Source: Azolla caroliniana
Lineage: Eukaryota > Plantae > Polypodiophyta
Assembly: GCA_043228905.1 (NCBI GenBank)
Contig: JBHGNT010000008.1
Location: 12,834,001 to 12,898,000 of the forward strand
Length of the DNA stretch: 64,000 nt
Reading direction: 5' to 3'
The notes under the pieces were generated by a model that did not search any database, had not been told where the DNA came from, and saw only the letters and a program-made list of their open reading frames with translations. The position numbers and the translations under genes were made by a program. This document shows positions 1-13,356 of the stretch, piece by piece. Numbering within the stretch: position 1 is the stretch's first letter; each line of letters starts with the position of its first letter.

Positions 1-718
1 TCTTATTCTCTCCCTTGTTTCTATTTTTTTCTTAACCACAGCCCTCTGCCATTCAATAATAATAATGCTAGGGATCGTAAAAGAGGAGAGGAATGGAAGA
101 TTTAATGGGCCTAAGGATATTTAACACGATGTTTAATCCCACGTACAGTGTCTCACTATAAAAGGTATTGAAAGGTTCCTCAACCCAATGATTGGATCAT
201 TGGCTTGTTTATGGTAACAAGTAAGATTAATATATAATCACTTCATTTTATTCGTGTTATAGTTCATCGGTTTCTTGTTCATGTGTTCATGTCGTTGCAC
301 CTCATCATCGAGAAATATGAGCAAAGAAATGGTATTTAAAGCCAAATTTTGGTGATATGTAAAAATGTAACTTGGTCTTACACCTACTCTCTCCCATCAA
401 ATGTATGATCTATATGCCATAAAAGCAATTAAAAAGCAAAAGAAGCAAAAAAAAAAAGAAAAAAAAGATGATAGAACTAAGGAACATTGGAAATACATGT
501 CCTTGACCACTTTTAAGGCGTACATAGATATATGTTTATAGACATTTTTGGATTATAAATTTTCTCACATACTACAATAAACTTACCGCAAATGAAAATC
601 CTTTCTTTGTAACATGCACTCGTCCTTATCCTTGCATGGGTGTCTAACCATATCCACCTTTGCACTTACTCGTAGTCACTCCAATTTTCCTCCCTCCCAA
701 TCAATCAATTGGTTTCAA

Positions 719-837
719 ACCCTCAACCACTTAGCTAAGAATGACTATAAGTCACCCACCACTTAAGCTAAATAAATAAGTTTCGGAACCCTCAACCACT
801 TAGCTAATAATGATTACAAGTCACCACTTAAGCTAAA
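719..837. repeat. Two-copy direct repeat (~55 bp unit, ~69 bp period)
   Basis: ACCCTCAACCACTTAGCTAA...AAGTCACC...ACTTAAGCTAAA occurs at ~719 and ~788. Confidence 0.8.
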
Positions 838-1108
838 CGTCGTTGTCATTTTCTTGCTTGACCACTTTGTAAAAGTTATCATTTTTGTACTTTTCTCCCT
901 TCACACATGCTACATGAGGCAAAACGTATACCCTAAGATAGACAATTACCTCATAAAATCGACCAAAATTAGCATGGGGACAACTTAAGGGTAAGAAAGA
1001 AGATGTAAACGGTCACTTTACAAATGAAGAGATGTTAGACTAAGTACAAAGGCTATATATGCATGAAGGTGTGGCTCTTATGATTGAGAAAATTGAAACA
1101 CCATGCAC

Positions 1109-3038
1109 TTTTTTTTTAGTAACACTTTTATTACTAGTGGGAAACCTCAAAGTGAGGTGAAAACCCACAAAGAATAAAGAAAAATATATAAGTGTCGATT
1201 AGACACTAAAGAGCTTAAAAGCACTCAAAGTAAAGATTGTAAACTTGTAGTGTGATGTCTCTAAGTTGCAAACAATCAAATAGAGATTGCATGAGGGATT
1301 GCTTAAAGAAGCTAACTTCATGCAGTTGGTTTCCATCAAAGACCTTATTATTGTGGGCTGTCCAAATGGTCTAGAGTACCCAAAATCGTGTCCATTGGAG
1401 AAAATAGGCATTCTTGGATAGGGCGCACGGAATTTGTCCAAATATCCAAAAGTGTTTGCCAAACCTTCGGTCAAGAAGTCTGTGATAAAGAGATGTACTT
1501 AGTCTTTGTACAAATGTTTTAGTGAATGAGCAAGTTCATAATAAGTGTGGGACCGTTTCCAATCGTCCACCACATCTTGCACAATCCGGTGAGGCTATCG
1601 ATCTCTTTTGAAGATTCAACCCAGTCGGGAGCACACCCAATAGGCATCTCCATAGGAATACCCGTTGCTTAAGTGGAAGACCAGAGCTCCATAAGCTTGT
1701 AAACCTGTTTTTCCACCAAGACTGCGTTTTGTGTAGTTTCCATAATGCATTTGCATGTTCATGAAACCATGGGACAGGTGGCAACAACATATACACTGAA
1801 TGTGTTGTAATGTTATGCATTGGAATAACAATGTTCCCTTTGTGTAACATCCAATCTTGAATCCTGCGATCTCCATCAAGAGGTGGCACAGGTACCAAGG
1901 AAAGTACCAACTCTGAGACTTGATTCTAGATAACACGATGATGTGACCCAAGACTATAACGACGTGTCATGTCATTGAAGTGCAATAAGTGGCATTGGTC
2001 ATTTACCACATCTGCAATTGATTTCAACCCCTTCTTTGCTAAAAAATAAGCTTTCCTAGGATCTTGTTCAGCTAGTGATTGTGGGAATATAGCACTCCAT
2101 TGTAAGCTTTCGAGGTGTAAAGAGTTCCTTGATTCTGAATTCCTACCTCTCCATTTTATGTGGTGCAATACTTCCTTCTAGTGCTTTAGAAGCTTTGAGC
2201 TAAATGGACAGCCTTTGATGTGCCCGTTAAGCATTCCAAACACGACATCCCAATGGTTAGTCTCCCATGAGCCAAATGACTTGGTTTTCAAATGATCAAA
2301 CATATCATATAACATTCTTTCCCAAGGCAATGTTTTTTCAGCAAATTTTGGCAACAAAGTAGCTTTTCTAGCCAACATATGCAAATGCAGATTAAGAATA
2401 TTTAGCCCTCCACTCAATCGTGGAGTGCATATCTTCTCTAGTGATAGCAGTCATATACCTCTATGCGACTGCTTAGAGCACCAAAAGCTGCTTACAATTT
2501 CTAAGTTAATCTTTTTTATCATGTGTTTCGGCCAATCAATCATAATTAAGTAATATTGCATGTTAGCCATGAATATATATTGCACTATCTGCAATCTGAC
2601 ATGGAGTGGCCATGTTGCAATATTTCAATAGCTTAGCTTTTGTCTCACTTTTTGCAGAACCTATTCAGCCTTTCTTTTCCTTGTTGCATTCCATCCCAAT
2701 GCATAGCCAAGATGTCTAACCATTTCATTTGGGCTAACAACTTGACCTAGCCACAAAAGTTGATGCCAACTACATGGTGTTAAGGGTAGAAGTTTGGACT
2801 TGTTGAAGATAACATGCAATCCAACAGCTAATCCATACAATTTGAGGTCATCCACAATCACCCTCATATCATTTGGATTGTTTTGTCACAGGAATGATGT
2901 ATCATCTGCATATGCTTGAGCCACGAAATCATGTCCGTCTTTCATTTGCAAACCGTGAAGTTGACATTTTCGGACCAAATCCTAGTTTGACCATTGTGGG
3001 TGCCACAAAATCCCATTGGATGGTGTCAAAGGCCTTTT
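1109..3038 (-). mobile_element. LINE (L1-like non-LTR retrotransposon), 3' half of ORF2, decayed
   Basis: Minus strand reads AQAYADDTSF (RT YADD, ~2895-2920), NKSKLL..HLG, GGLNILNL and zf-RVT (LWSSGLPLKQRVFLWR..CARCGGRLETVPHLL). T-run at 1109-1117 is a putative poly(A) tail. Interrupted by an LTR at 3039. Confidence 0.85.
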
Positions 3039-5558
3039 TGTTAATGTTTACGTGTGGAAGCATTAGACATAACCGGCTCAGCCCATTTGCAACAGAGAAT
3101 AAGATGAAGGTTGAATGGAGAAGTTAAATACATAGTATACGTGGGAGAGACAGAGAGAGCAGAACATAAATGTAGATTCAAAATAACTCTGAAACTCTGT
3201 GCATACAATGACATCACTATTTATACAAGTCCATAAAGGACTGACAGGTACTTTAATATTCCTACGTACAATTGACACTAACTACAAGACAATGACTACC
3301 TTGTAGTCTAGGCTACTACTAGGCTTCTGGTTCCCGCATGAATCTGGCTCTCCGATTCGTCTCCCCGATCCGGCCGGTTGTTTCCAGATACCGATCCAGT
3401 TCTTCTACCCGGCTCCTTTCTGGCGTTGCTCCGCCTTGCTCGCGCTCCTCATCCGGTCCAGTCCTATTTGCCGTGACCCTTCTGGTTCTGCGCACCTCGA
3501 CCTCCTCGGTCGGATTATCTGCTCAATGGGCCCATTTCAGCTCCCTCGCTGCTGCGACTCCGACGCTTGTCGATCCGTTGGTTCCTTCGTGTTGGCGTCG
3601 ACTTCCGCTGCGTCCATGTCCGCTTGGCCTTTAGTTGATCCGGCTCCTCTGAATCCAACTGTTGAAGCAAATCGGTTGTCTCCGATTCATTCCCGCTCTT
3701 GTCCAAGTCGGTGTTCTCCAGCTCGTATTCCGGTTTCAGGCCCTTCACCACATCAGATCATGTCCAAACTTGGCCTTCTCCTTCCAGTCGGCTCTGTCGC
3801 CGATGCCGCTTGTTCCGACTTGTTTTGATGTGACGACTTCCTTCGTCGACTCGACTTACCTTTTCCTCTTGTCTCCCCCTTTGTTGGTTCTCCCCTTTCC
3901 CATTCTTTTTCTAGTGCCGTCAGAATTTTCTTTGCCTTTGCCCGTTCTCCCCCTCAACTGAGACACGTCGAGATCCTGAACACCAAGCATTTTGGTGAAG
4001 TGTTGCAACTTGTCCGATCCAAGCGGTTTGGTGAAGATGTTGGCAACCTGTCGATCCGTCTGAACATACCGAAGTTCGACTTCACATCTCAGGACCCGCT
4101 CACGCACGAAGTGATAATGCACTTCTATGTGCTTTGTTCGAGCATGGAATACGGGGTTCTTGGCGAGTTGTATGTTGCTCATGTTGTCGCAGTAGATTAG
4201 GATCGGGGTTGGCACCTCGCACTGAAGATCTCGCAGCAGTCGTTGAAGCCAGATGGCTTCATAGATGGCATTGGTAGCGCCCCGGTACTCGGCCTCGGTG
4301 CTCGATAGAGCCACTGTTGGCTGCTTTTTGCTGCTCCACGCAACAACCGTGCTACCTAGAGAAAACATGTAACTGGAGGTGGATCAATGATCCGATGCAT
4401 CACCAGCCTAGTTGGTATCTGTGTATCCTTCTAGCTCTTCAGTTATACCATGCTAGTATAACAGTCCTCGGTCCTTCGTGCTGCTCACATATCACAATAT
4501 TCGATGCATGCATTGAAGATGCTCCATGGTTGGCTTTTGCATGAATTGGTTGATCACACCGACTGCATAACTGATGTCGGGTCGGGTGATTGTCAAGTAT
4601 ATCAGGCTTCCGACTATTTGTCGAAACTGTTTCTCATCGCAGGCCTGGTTCGGAGTTGGGACGAAGCTTCTGGTTCCGATCCAGGGGTGTGGAGACAGGT
4701 CGGCATTCCATCATGCCGAACTTGTACAACATATTCAACACATAATGTCGTTATGAGAGCAATATGACGTCGAGGGTTCGGATCACCTCGATCCCAAGGA
4801 AATAATGAAGGTCCCCCAGATCCTTCATCTCAAATGCGTTTGACAGCTGGGACTTTACTCGACCGATTTCATTGAGTTCAGTTCCAATGATGACTAAATC
4901 ATCTACATAAAGTAAGATGCAAACCGGACCGTTCAGACCTTGCCGGATGAACAACGATTAGTCAAATTTAGAGGTTAGAACCCCACCTTACGCAACCGGT
5001 GCATGATCTTCGCATTCCAAGCTCAGGGGGTTTGTTTTAGACCGTAAAGTGACTTCTTAAGCCGGAACACCGCCGACTTGTTCATCTTCGACTGAAAACC
5101 AGTAGGTTGGATCATATAGACCTATTCTTCAAGGTCACCTTGAAGAAACACATTCTTCACGTCCACCTGGTGAAGATGCAACCCCCTTGCCGTAGCAACC
5201 GCCAATACCACATGAATCTTCATCATCTTCGCTATTGGAGTGAAGGTCTCGTCGTAGTCAATTCCGTGGGTCTGTGCGTATCCATTCGCCACTAACCGAG
5301 CCTTGTACCGGTTAACTGAACCGTCGGCATTGTACTTTACCTTGTACACCCATTTGCAACAGATCGGTTTACAATGTCGGGGAGGGTCAACGAAGTCCCA
5401 TGTGTCATCGCCATCAAGAGCCCGCATTTCCTCCTCCATAGCGGGACACCAATTTGCGTCCTTTGCCGCTTCTATGTAGCCCTCTTGACTCATGCATTTC
5501 CGCCACTTTGGTCATGTACGTATAATGATGCGCCATGTACTCATTGTACTCGTACCGT

Positions 5559-6519
5559 TGTCGTGAAGATTTTCGGCAATAGTGTGAAAATCCTATAAAA
5601 CGTACGAAATTGAGTATGAATCACGTAGTACAATAATTGTGAAGATAACATTTTAAATAGATTTAATATCTAAGTACAAAATGATGGAGGTTTCGAATGC
5701 ACTTTATTACACGAGAAACGGACAACTAAATGTCAAGATATGAGGGTATAAAGTTTGTAAAAGGAAAGGAGAAAATTGTGAGATATCCCACATAGGCACA
5801 ACAAATACAGCTCTCATCATATATAAGGTGGAGCAAAAGATATTATCTTTGTGTCTATGTGTGGAGCATAGAGAGTTCAAGGTAACTTGAACTAAGAGTG
5901 GAGGTGGGCTAGTTACTTGTAAAGGGTTTTGGCCAACCAAAACCGGACCTGCGATGGAGCCGATGATCCGACGACATCCGGCGAACCGGCGTCCGGCGAC
6001 GGCGACTAGATAAATAAATATATAAATATATATACATATTTACATATACAAGGAGGGCAAGTAAGGATTCAAACCTTGCACCTCCAAGTTAGGAGTCAAA
6101 TGGCTTACCATTAAGCCATGCTATTTAGTTAAAATTATATTTCTATCATTGTAATTTTACATGTAAATTCTCATACATGAGAACTAAAACGAGTGACATG
6201 GTTATCATGCACCACATGTAATACATAAGCGCCAAATGGCAAACATGCAATTTATGCATGTCTTGTACCCTCACATGCATCATATGCATGAGAGCATCAA
6301 TAAAAGAGGGAAGGGGGAGGAGAAAAAGGACGGTTTTTTTTATGAAAATTAAGAGGAAGAAATTCGTTATCAAATTGATCGTGTAATCTCAACTTCTCTC
6401 TTTCCCAATCTATCTTAAGTACTTTCTCGCCAAAGCTTGTATCGACTCTAAATCCTTCTGGTCCAGAACCCCGGCGGTTCCGCCTCACGATCCGCGCGTA
6501 GTGACGGATCTTCACGACA
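5559..6519 (+). mobile_element. 961-bp non-coding TG...CA insertion (solo LTR or Ginger-like non-autonomous element) with 12-bp TIR, 4-bp TSD and tRNA-like cassette
   Basis: Perfect TIR TGTCGTGAAGAT...ATCTTCACGACA, flanked by CCGT/CCGC. Removing it restores Copia KNPVMRYEYNEY. Confidence 0.85.
6055..6123 (-). ncRNA. tRNA-like Pol III cassette (A box + B box), copy A
   Basis: TGGCTTAATGG-32 nt-GGTTTGAATCC. D-arm-like GGCTTA/TAAGCC and T-arm AAGG/CCTT pairings. Confidence 0.7.
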
Positions 6520-9500
6520 CCGCATAACGGGGTTCTTCTGGGGGGAAGACCGGTGTAACTTGTCATCACCCGGTTTGGGGCCCTTCTTGGCCGGTTCGGA
6601 CTTCGTTCCCAAAGATCTGCCTTCATCCTTTCCGAAGTTGGATTTGCTCCAATCCAACTCAACATTGCTGGTTTCGTATTCCGACATTTTCTGCTTCCCT
6701 TTCTCTTTGCGCGTGAACTGTCTCCTCGGTTCCTTGCACGAGGAGAGCACGACAGAGTCTCCACTACTCGCTGGTTCGTCATCCGATTGGTCACTTTGAC
6801 CCAGTCGCTCGTTCGGTCCACTCAACCGAAATGATTCCAGACTCTCTTCTAGAGTCTCAAGCTCCTCATCTTCTATCTGGACCGGTTCAGGCTCACTGGC
6901 CTCATCCTCCGAGATTGGGTCGGAGTCGGAAGTTGGAGTCGATAGAGAGTACCATGAAGCCGTCTCGTCGAACTCAACATCTCGACTTACTCGGACCTAC
7001 TTCGTCCAGGGGTTATAGCACTTATACCCCTTTTGCTCATGCGAGTAACCGACTAGGATGCACTTCTCCGACTTCGGATCTAGCAGCTCGTGTGCTGACA
7101 CCTTGTCACTGATACGGTTTTGGATGTAGACGGACGTCCGGGCTGCCTCAGCCCAGTAAAAATGGGGCATGCTCTTCTCCTCTAGCATTGCACTTGCCGC
7201 GTCGACAATCGCCCGGTTCTTCCTTTCGGCCACACCATTTTGCTCCGGTGTGTATCTGCAGCTAAATTCTCTCCAAATTCCGTTCTGCTGTAGATAACTT
7301 TTGAATTAGCCGGAAACGTATTCTTTTCCGCCATCCGACCACAAGCACTTGATCTTCCTCTTCGTTTCCCATTCAAAAAATCTTTGAAGGTTTCGGAAAC
7401 ACTCGAAGACTTTGTTGTTCCTCTCGATGAGGTAGATCCACGTGTATCGGTTGTAGTCGTCGATGAAGGAGACGAAATACCGACTCCCGCCAAGACTAAC
7501 GTTCTATGACGATCCCCATACATCTGAATGTATTAGGTCAAGCTTGTTATAGCTCCGGTTTCGTTCGGTGGGGAATGGAAGCCGGTGTTGCTTCCCGAGT
7601 TGGCAGGTTTCACAAATTTCGGCTTTCCGGCCGCTAAATTTTGGCAAACCGAAAACAACTTGTTTCGATTGCAAGTCTTGAAGCCCCCGATAATTGACGT
7701 GGTCGATCCACTTGTGCCAAAGATCGATGCCCGATTCAATCTTTTGTCTTTTGGCAAACATGGCAGTGCCGACGTCATTAGTCTTGAGGATGAACATCCT
7801 CCCTCCTCTGCGCCCTTGCGCAATAATCTGGCCCTCTTCCTCGATGAAGCATCTGAGGTGCATAAACCGCACCCGCATCCCTTGGTTGACGATTCTCGGT
7901 TGCTCCGGTTTCTCCAAAAACGAGAACCACTCTTCATGGCTCGTCATGTGGTTGGACACTCCGGAATCAACGTACCATACTTCCTCCGATTTGGAGGTAG
8001 TCTTCTTCATCGAGTTAGCATTGTGCTTCATCATGAAGGTTGGCCCCTTTCCGGTTTTCCCAGTTCCGGATCCCTTCGATCCTTCCGCGTAGTGGGAGCT
8101 TTGCCGATTTTCCCGACAGGTTTTGCCGAATCCAGATTTATCTGAATCGACGTGCTTCTTCCAGCACTCGCTTTCCCTGTAACCCTTCTTGCCACAGTAC
8201 CAACATTCCATGTTGGCTTTTCCTTGCCGGCTTCTACCGCCGCTTTGACTCCCCTTGCTTGTGGAGGGTCCAGAACTGCTGTCGGCACTACCTCTGTGCC
8301 TTCGGTCCTGCTCTTGCCGGCCGCTTCCATTGTGTGCCGACCCACCTCGTCCTCCACGTCCACGGGGCCGATCCTTCTCCGTGTACAACATCCGACTGTC
8401 AGATTGAGTGGTCCTCGACCCGCTTGCATGGTTTTCTTCGACCATCAACATTGCTTGTAAGTCAAAGAAGGACAATGGCTTCTCCCGGGTGCAGATCGTT
8501 GTTTGGATTGGCCCGTACCTTTGCGCTAGACCACCCAGGCAAATTTGTACCATCTCATCTTCGTCCACCGTCATGTTGATGGACCCAAGTGTGTCACAAA
8601 TCTCCTTTATTTTGGTGGTGTAATCCGTAACCGACATGTCTCTTTGCCGGATGTTGTTTAGCTCTTGCCGGAGCTGCAACTCACGGGTTGTGGTACTCGC
8701 GGCGAAAATCTTCCTCAGATTTCCCCAGGCCTGCTTCGGCGTTTTTGCATTCTTTATGTAGCCGAACATCTAGTCGTGCACACAAGACCCGAGGTAGTAC
8801 AATACTCGGCTCGCTCCTTGCTCCCAAATCGAGAAGTCATTGTGTGCCGGCTCCGACGCTATCTCATCGTTCCTTCCACGAAGCTCCAATATCCATGCCC
8901 CATCAGGTACTGGTGCATTTTATATGACCAGGACGCGTAGTTGCCCTGGTCGAGCTTCTCTGTGGGAAGTGAACTCGCCATACCTCAGTCCATATCTTCT
9001 CTCTATTTGTTGTTATCGGGTTCTAGGGTTCGTCTACAAAAGCAAGTGTCGCCTGCAGAGGTTCTCAACCCCCGCGCTCTGATACCATGTTAATGTTTAC
9101 GTGCGGAAGCGTTAGACAAAACCGGCTCAGCCGGATAGCAACAAAGAATAAGATCAAGGTTTAATGGAGAAGCTAAATACACAATATACGCGGGAGAGAC
9201 AAAGAGAGCAGAACATAAACGTAGATTCAAAATAACTCTGAAAATTTGTGCATACAACGTGCTTAACAACACTATTTATACAAGTCCATAAAGGACTAAC
9301 AGAAGTATTGATAGGTACTTCAATATTCCTACGTGCGATTAACACTAAGTACAAGACAATGATTACCTAGTAGTCGAGACTAGTACTAGGCTTTCGATTC
9401 CCGCTCGAATCCGGATCTCCGATCCGGCCGGTTGTTTCTGGATACGATCCGGATTCTGATCCGGCTCATCCTTTCGGATGTCGATCCGGTTCAGGCTTAT

Positions 9501-9996
9501 TCAACCGATACGAATCCGGTTGAGCTTGCTCGCTCAACACGTACATTAGAAGAACATGTGAAACATGTCCGCTTTGTTTTACAAACATTGCACAACAAGC
9601 AATTTTACGCGAAGATCTCAAAATGCGAGTTCTTCAAGAAATCAATTACTTATCTTGGACATCTCATAACTGAACAAGGAGTTGAAATTGATCCTTCTCG
9701 CATAGAGAAAATCAAACTTTGGCCCACTCTTCATAATATTCGAGAAGTTCAATCTTTCCTTGGTTTTGTCGGGTTTTTGCGAAAATCCCTTCGTAATTAC
9801 TCCCAATTGATGACGTCGTTTACTGATCTTCTAAAAGGACAAACGTGTAAGTCTACAAAACCTATTGTGTGGAATGCTATACTAGACCTCGCCTTTAAGG
9901 AACTCAAAACATGGCGCCATTATCTTTATGGAAATCGTTTTGTCGTAACTACGAACCACGAGTCCTTGAAATATTTCTGTGACCAACAATACCTGA

Positions 9997-10428
9997 TGTC
10001 ATGATATAGCATGGTATGGCTTCAAAGGGATTTGAACCCATGACCTTGGGGAACATGGGCAGAAGCCTTACCATTAAGCTATAAGTTGTAATACAATAAA
10101 TATTATTTCCATTTATTATTTCACTTAGGAAATCCATGTATATTCTAGATTTCTTTGGTAGAAATGTCGAGAGTATTCCTAAAGCCACTATAAAAAGAGG
10201 CACATGGCATTATCAAGAACAAAATTGGTTGAACGACAGTCTTAAGCCTCCTAGTTGTTCTTGTATCTTTCTTCTTATAATATAATATACTTCTTGTTGT
10301 CATCATTATCTCTCTCTCTCTCTCTCTCACGTGGTTCTCACCCACTCTTTCCCTTCTTAATACTAATCCTCATTCTTCTCCTCTACCTTTAGTACTAATT
10401 CTCCTTGCCTCTAGTACTATCCCTTACA
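9997..10428 (+). mobile_element. Solo LTR (432 bp), same family as LTR 14683-15122, carrying a tRNA-like cassette
   Basis: TGTCATGATA...CCCTTACA with 5-bp TSD CCTGA/CTTGA. Excision restores Gypsy QQYLKGRKA. Homologous along its length to 14683-15122. Confidence 0.85.
10017..10087 (-). ncRNA. tRNA-like Pol III cassette, copy B
   Basis: TAGCTTAATGG (10071-10081)-32 nt-GGTTCAAATCC (10028-10038). Confidence 0.72.
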
Positions 10429-10722
10429 CTTGAAAGGTCGTAAGGCATGATGGGTTGATCTCATCCAGGACTTTGATTTTTCCATACGATATCATAAAGG
10501 TTCCATGAACACTGTCGCTGATGCACTAAGTCGCATCCGTGAAGTTAACATACTTAGCTTCATTGAAATAACATCAACTCTTTATGGTCACCTTCAAGGA
10601 AAGTATCTTGATGACAGTTATTTTGCAAAATATTGGGCAAGAGTTGAGTCTAGAATAGACACCACCACATCCTCAAAGGAATCCTTCCACATTGCTAATA
10701 GTCTACTCTACCATAATGGGAA

Positions 10723-11119
10723 GGTTTGTGTTCCAGATTTGCCTGAGGTAAAAAAGAGAATTCTTTTCTAATGCCATGATGCACCCTCAACAGGCACCCT
10801 AGAATACATCGTACCCTCGTTATCATCTCCACTCAATTCTATTGGCCTAAGATGCATCCTGACATACATAGCTATGTGACTAAATGTCACCAATGTCAGG
10901 TTAACAAAGCCGAGCGACTTGGTTTGTGTTCCGAATTTGCCTAAGGTCAAAAAGAGAATTCTTTTCTAATGCCATGATGCACCCTCAGTAGGGTACCCTA
11001 GAATACATCGTACCCTCGTTATCATCTCCACTCAATTCTATTGGCCTAAGATGCATCTTCGCATACATAGATATGTGACTAAATGTCACCAATGTCAGGT
11101 TAACAAAGCCGAGCGACTT
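10723..11119 (+). repeat. ~198-bp tandem duplication in the integrase zinc-finger region
   Basis: GGTTTGTGTTCC...GAGCGACTT at 10723-10920 and 10921-11119. Confidence 0.9.
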
Positions 11120-12842
11120 AAAGCCGCGAGACTTTTACATCCCTTGGACATTCCCAATAATAAGTGGGAAAGTATATCCATGTATTTTATTGTTAGCCTT
11201 CCTCACATCCAAAAAGGTCATGATGCCATCTGGGTTGTGGTTGATAAACTAACTAAAATGGCCAGATTTATTGCTACTAAAACCACAGTAAAAGCTCCTG
11301 AATTGGCTTACCAATTAGTTGATGAGTTATTTCATTTTTATGGGTTATCAATGGATATCGTGAGTGATCGAGATCCAAAATCTACTAGTGAGTTTTGGAC
11401 GCAAGTCTTTAAGAAGTTAGAAACTATATTCAGCATGAGCTCCACAGATCATCCCCAATCCGATGGACAGACAGAACGAGTAAATCAAGTTATTAAGGAC
11501 ATGCTTCGACCATACGTTGGTGCAAAAAACAAAATGGGAATGTTATCTCCCAAATTTGGAGTTTGCTTATAACATCTCCAAGCATACGTCGACGGGATAT
11601 AGTCCTTTTATGTTGATGCATGTTTTTAAGCCACGATCCCTGATTGATGGTAATATACATCATGATGAGTTGCGAAGTACGCAACACTTTCTTCGGGATA
11701 TGCAAGATATGTTGCATATTGCACGAGATAATATTAAAACTACTCAAGATAGAGCACGTTTTTACACCGATCATAATAGGCAACCTTGTGTATTCAACCT
11801 TGGACAGAAGGTATTTTTACTTGTACCTCACAATTCTAAGACATTGTCTAGGGGTAAGTGTGCTAAGTTAGCCCCATGGTTTTGTGGACCTTTTCAAGTC
11901 CTCAAACACATTGGTTCATTAGCCTATCGTCTCGCTCTTCCCGATGTCGTTGAAATTCATCTACTTTTTCATGTGAGTCGTCTAAAAGAACTTCTAGGTT
12001 CTTGCGACAATACAGTGACAACTAAAACTCTGGTTACTTCTAAAGAATTATCTTCTAAACCACATGTACCAGAACGAATTCTCGATGTTAAAACAAAAAA
12101 ATTGCATTCTAAAATAACCCGAGAATTTTAAAAAAATGGATGGATAAATCTATCAAAGATGCAACATGGGAACACGAAAATACTCTTAGAACTAACTTCC
12201 CTAACTTTCCATTGCATGAGTGCAATGTTTTAAAGAGGGGGAGTATGTTACGGGCATGACCATATAATATCCCATGGTGAGAATATAACATAGTATTCTA
12301 TACACGTGGATAAAGTGTGAGGGTTAAACGAGAGTGTAAAGAAGGGGAGGATTACTTTTATTCCTCGGGATTGAGACAACCCATTAGGCCAAGTGTGAAC
12401 TTGCCTGGGGGCCTTAGGTCTGGCTATAAATATGAGGCCTAGCTACCCTCATTTCATCATCTCTTGACTACATCGAGACTTTGTTCTTGTGGTGGGTCAA
12501 CTCTTGTAGCGAGCGCGCCAGCACCAAGTATGACTCGACGCCACGGTGGTGGTATGGGACGCCGATCAAGGCTCGAGTCTGTCTCGATCCCTTTGCTCGG
12601 GGGTGGTCGGGTGGATCGACACCCTTCTTTCTCTCTCTCCTTTCTTATTTTATATATACTATATCCTTATCATATGCTTACATTAGATCATCATTATAAC
12701 ACTTGTATCATAGATTGGTTTGTTGCCTTTGAAGAAGAAACCTAACTATTTTCTTTCAATGATCTAGGTTTCAACATTGCAGTTTCAGGTGGCTGAATAG
12801 TTAGTGTTAGGAATTCTGATTGCATATGACCAAACTTGTTAC

Positions 12843-13356
12843 TGTTGGGATTTCGGTCCCTCTGGATGGAATCTTGAGAACTAGATGTAGAAGACCCGGT
12901 GAGAACCGGATGATGAGGACCCGGTGAGAACCGAATGTAGAAGACATATTTGTAAATATGTTTTTTAGTAAGCCCATGGAGGATATATTTGTAAATATTC
13001 CTAAAGGCATATTAGTATAAATATGACCTAGGGCAAACACTTATTAGTGATGATGTTGTCACATTTTTGTAACTGTTGTATAGAGAGCGACAGAGAGAGG
13101 GAGTGTGTAAGATACAGAGAAATACTCTGTTGTAACCGCCGGTTGGCGTAGATACAGAGCTCGAGGTCGTTGCCTCCGAGGCTGTGAGTGTACCATTCTC
13201 ATATAGTGATAGTTGGAGTCTGTGAGCTCCTGTGGTTTTTCCCATTTAGGGTTTTCCACGTAAACATCCTGTGTATTTCCTTGTGTACTCTCCATTTACC
13301 ATTTCTGTGTTTCGTTCCAAGTGAAGTGTTCAAGACTCGGTTGTCGCCGAGCAATA
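12843..13356 (+). mobile_element. Solo LTR with eroded 3' end, same family as 29210-29872
   Basis: Starts TGTTGGGATTTCGGTCCCTC. Has the U5 motif GTGGTTTTTCCCATTTAGGGTTTTCCACGT. Reverse-complement homology to 29210-29872. Confidence 0.8.

Larger units (their letters stand above)
3039..9539 (-). mobile_element. Ty1/Copia LTR retrotransposon 'Copia-1', decayed and probably recombinant
   Basis: 5' LTR 9088-9539 (TGTTGAGCG...ATTAACA on minus). Met PBS TGGTATCAGAGC at 9076-9087. Gag zinc knuckle CWYCGKKG, protease WYVDSG, GAG-pre-integrase, integrase, RT (LYVDDL) and RNase H (RTKHIEVHYHFVRE) ORF fragments. Truncated 3' LTR 3039-~3395. No TSD (CTTTT vs CGTAC). Confidence 0.92.
9540..12701 (+). mobile_element. 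Ty3/Gypsy chromovirus, 5'-truncated (end of RT, partial RNase H, integrase, chromodomain, PPT, 3' LTR)
   Basis: KCEFF..YLGH, WRHYLYG, integrase HHCC and core (VSDRDPK, HPQSDGQTERVNQ), GPF motif, chromodomain PERILD..ATWE. PPT GAGGGGGGAGTA. LTR 12246-12701 (TGTTAC...ATAACA). Confidence 0.88.

Noticed and set aside
5620-5702. Second tRNA-like cassette in the 5559 element (GGTTTCGAATGC)
   Set aside because: The B-box-like word has no properly spaced A box, so it is too degenerate to support.
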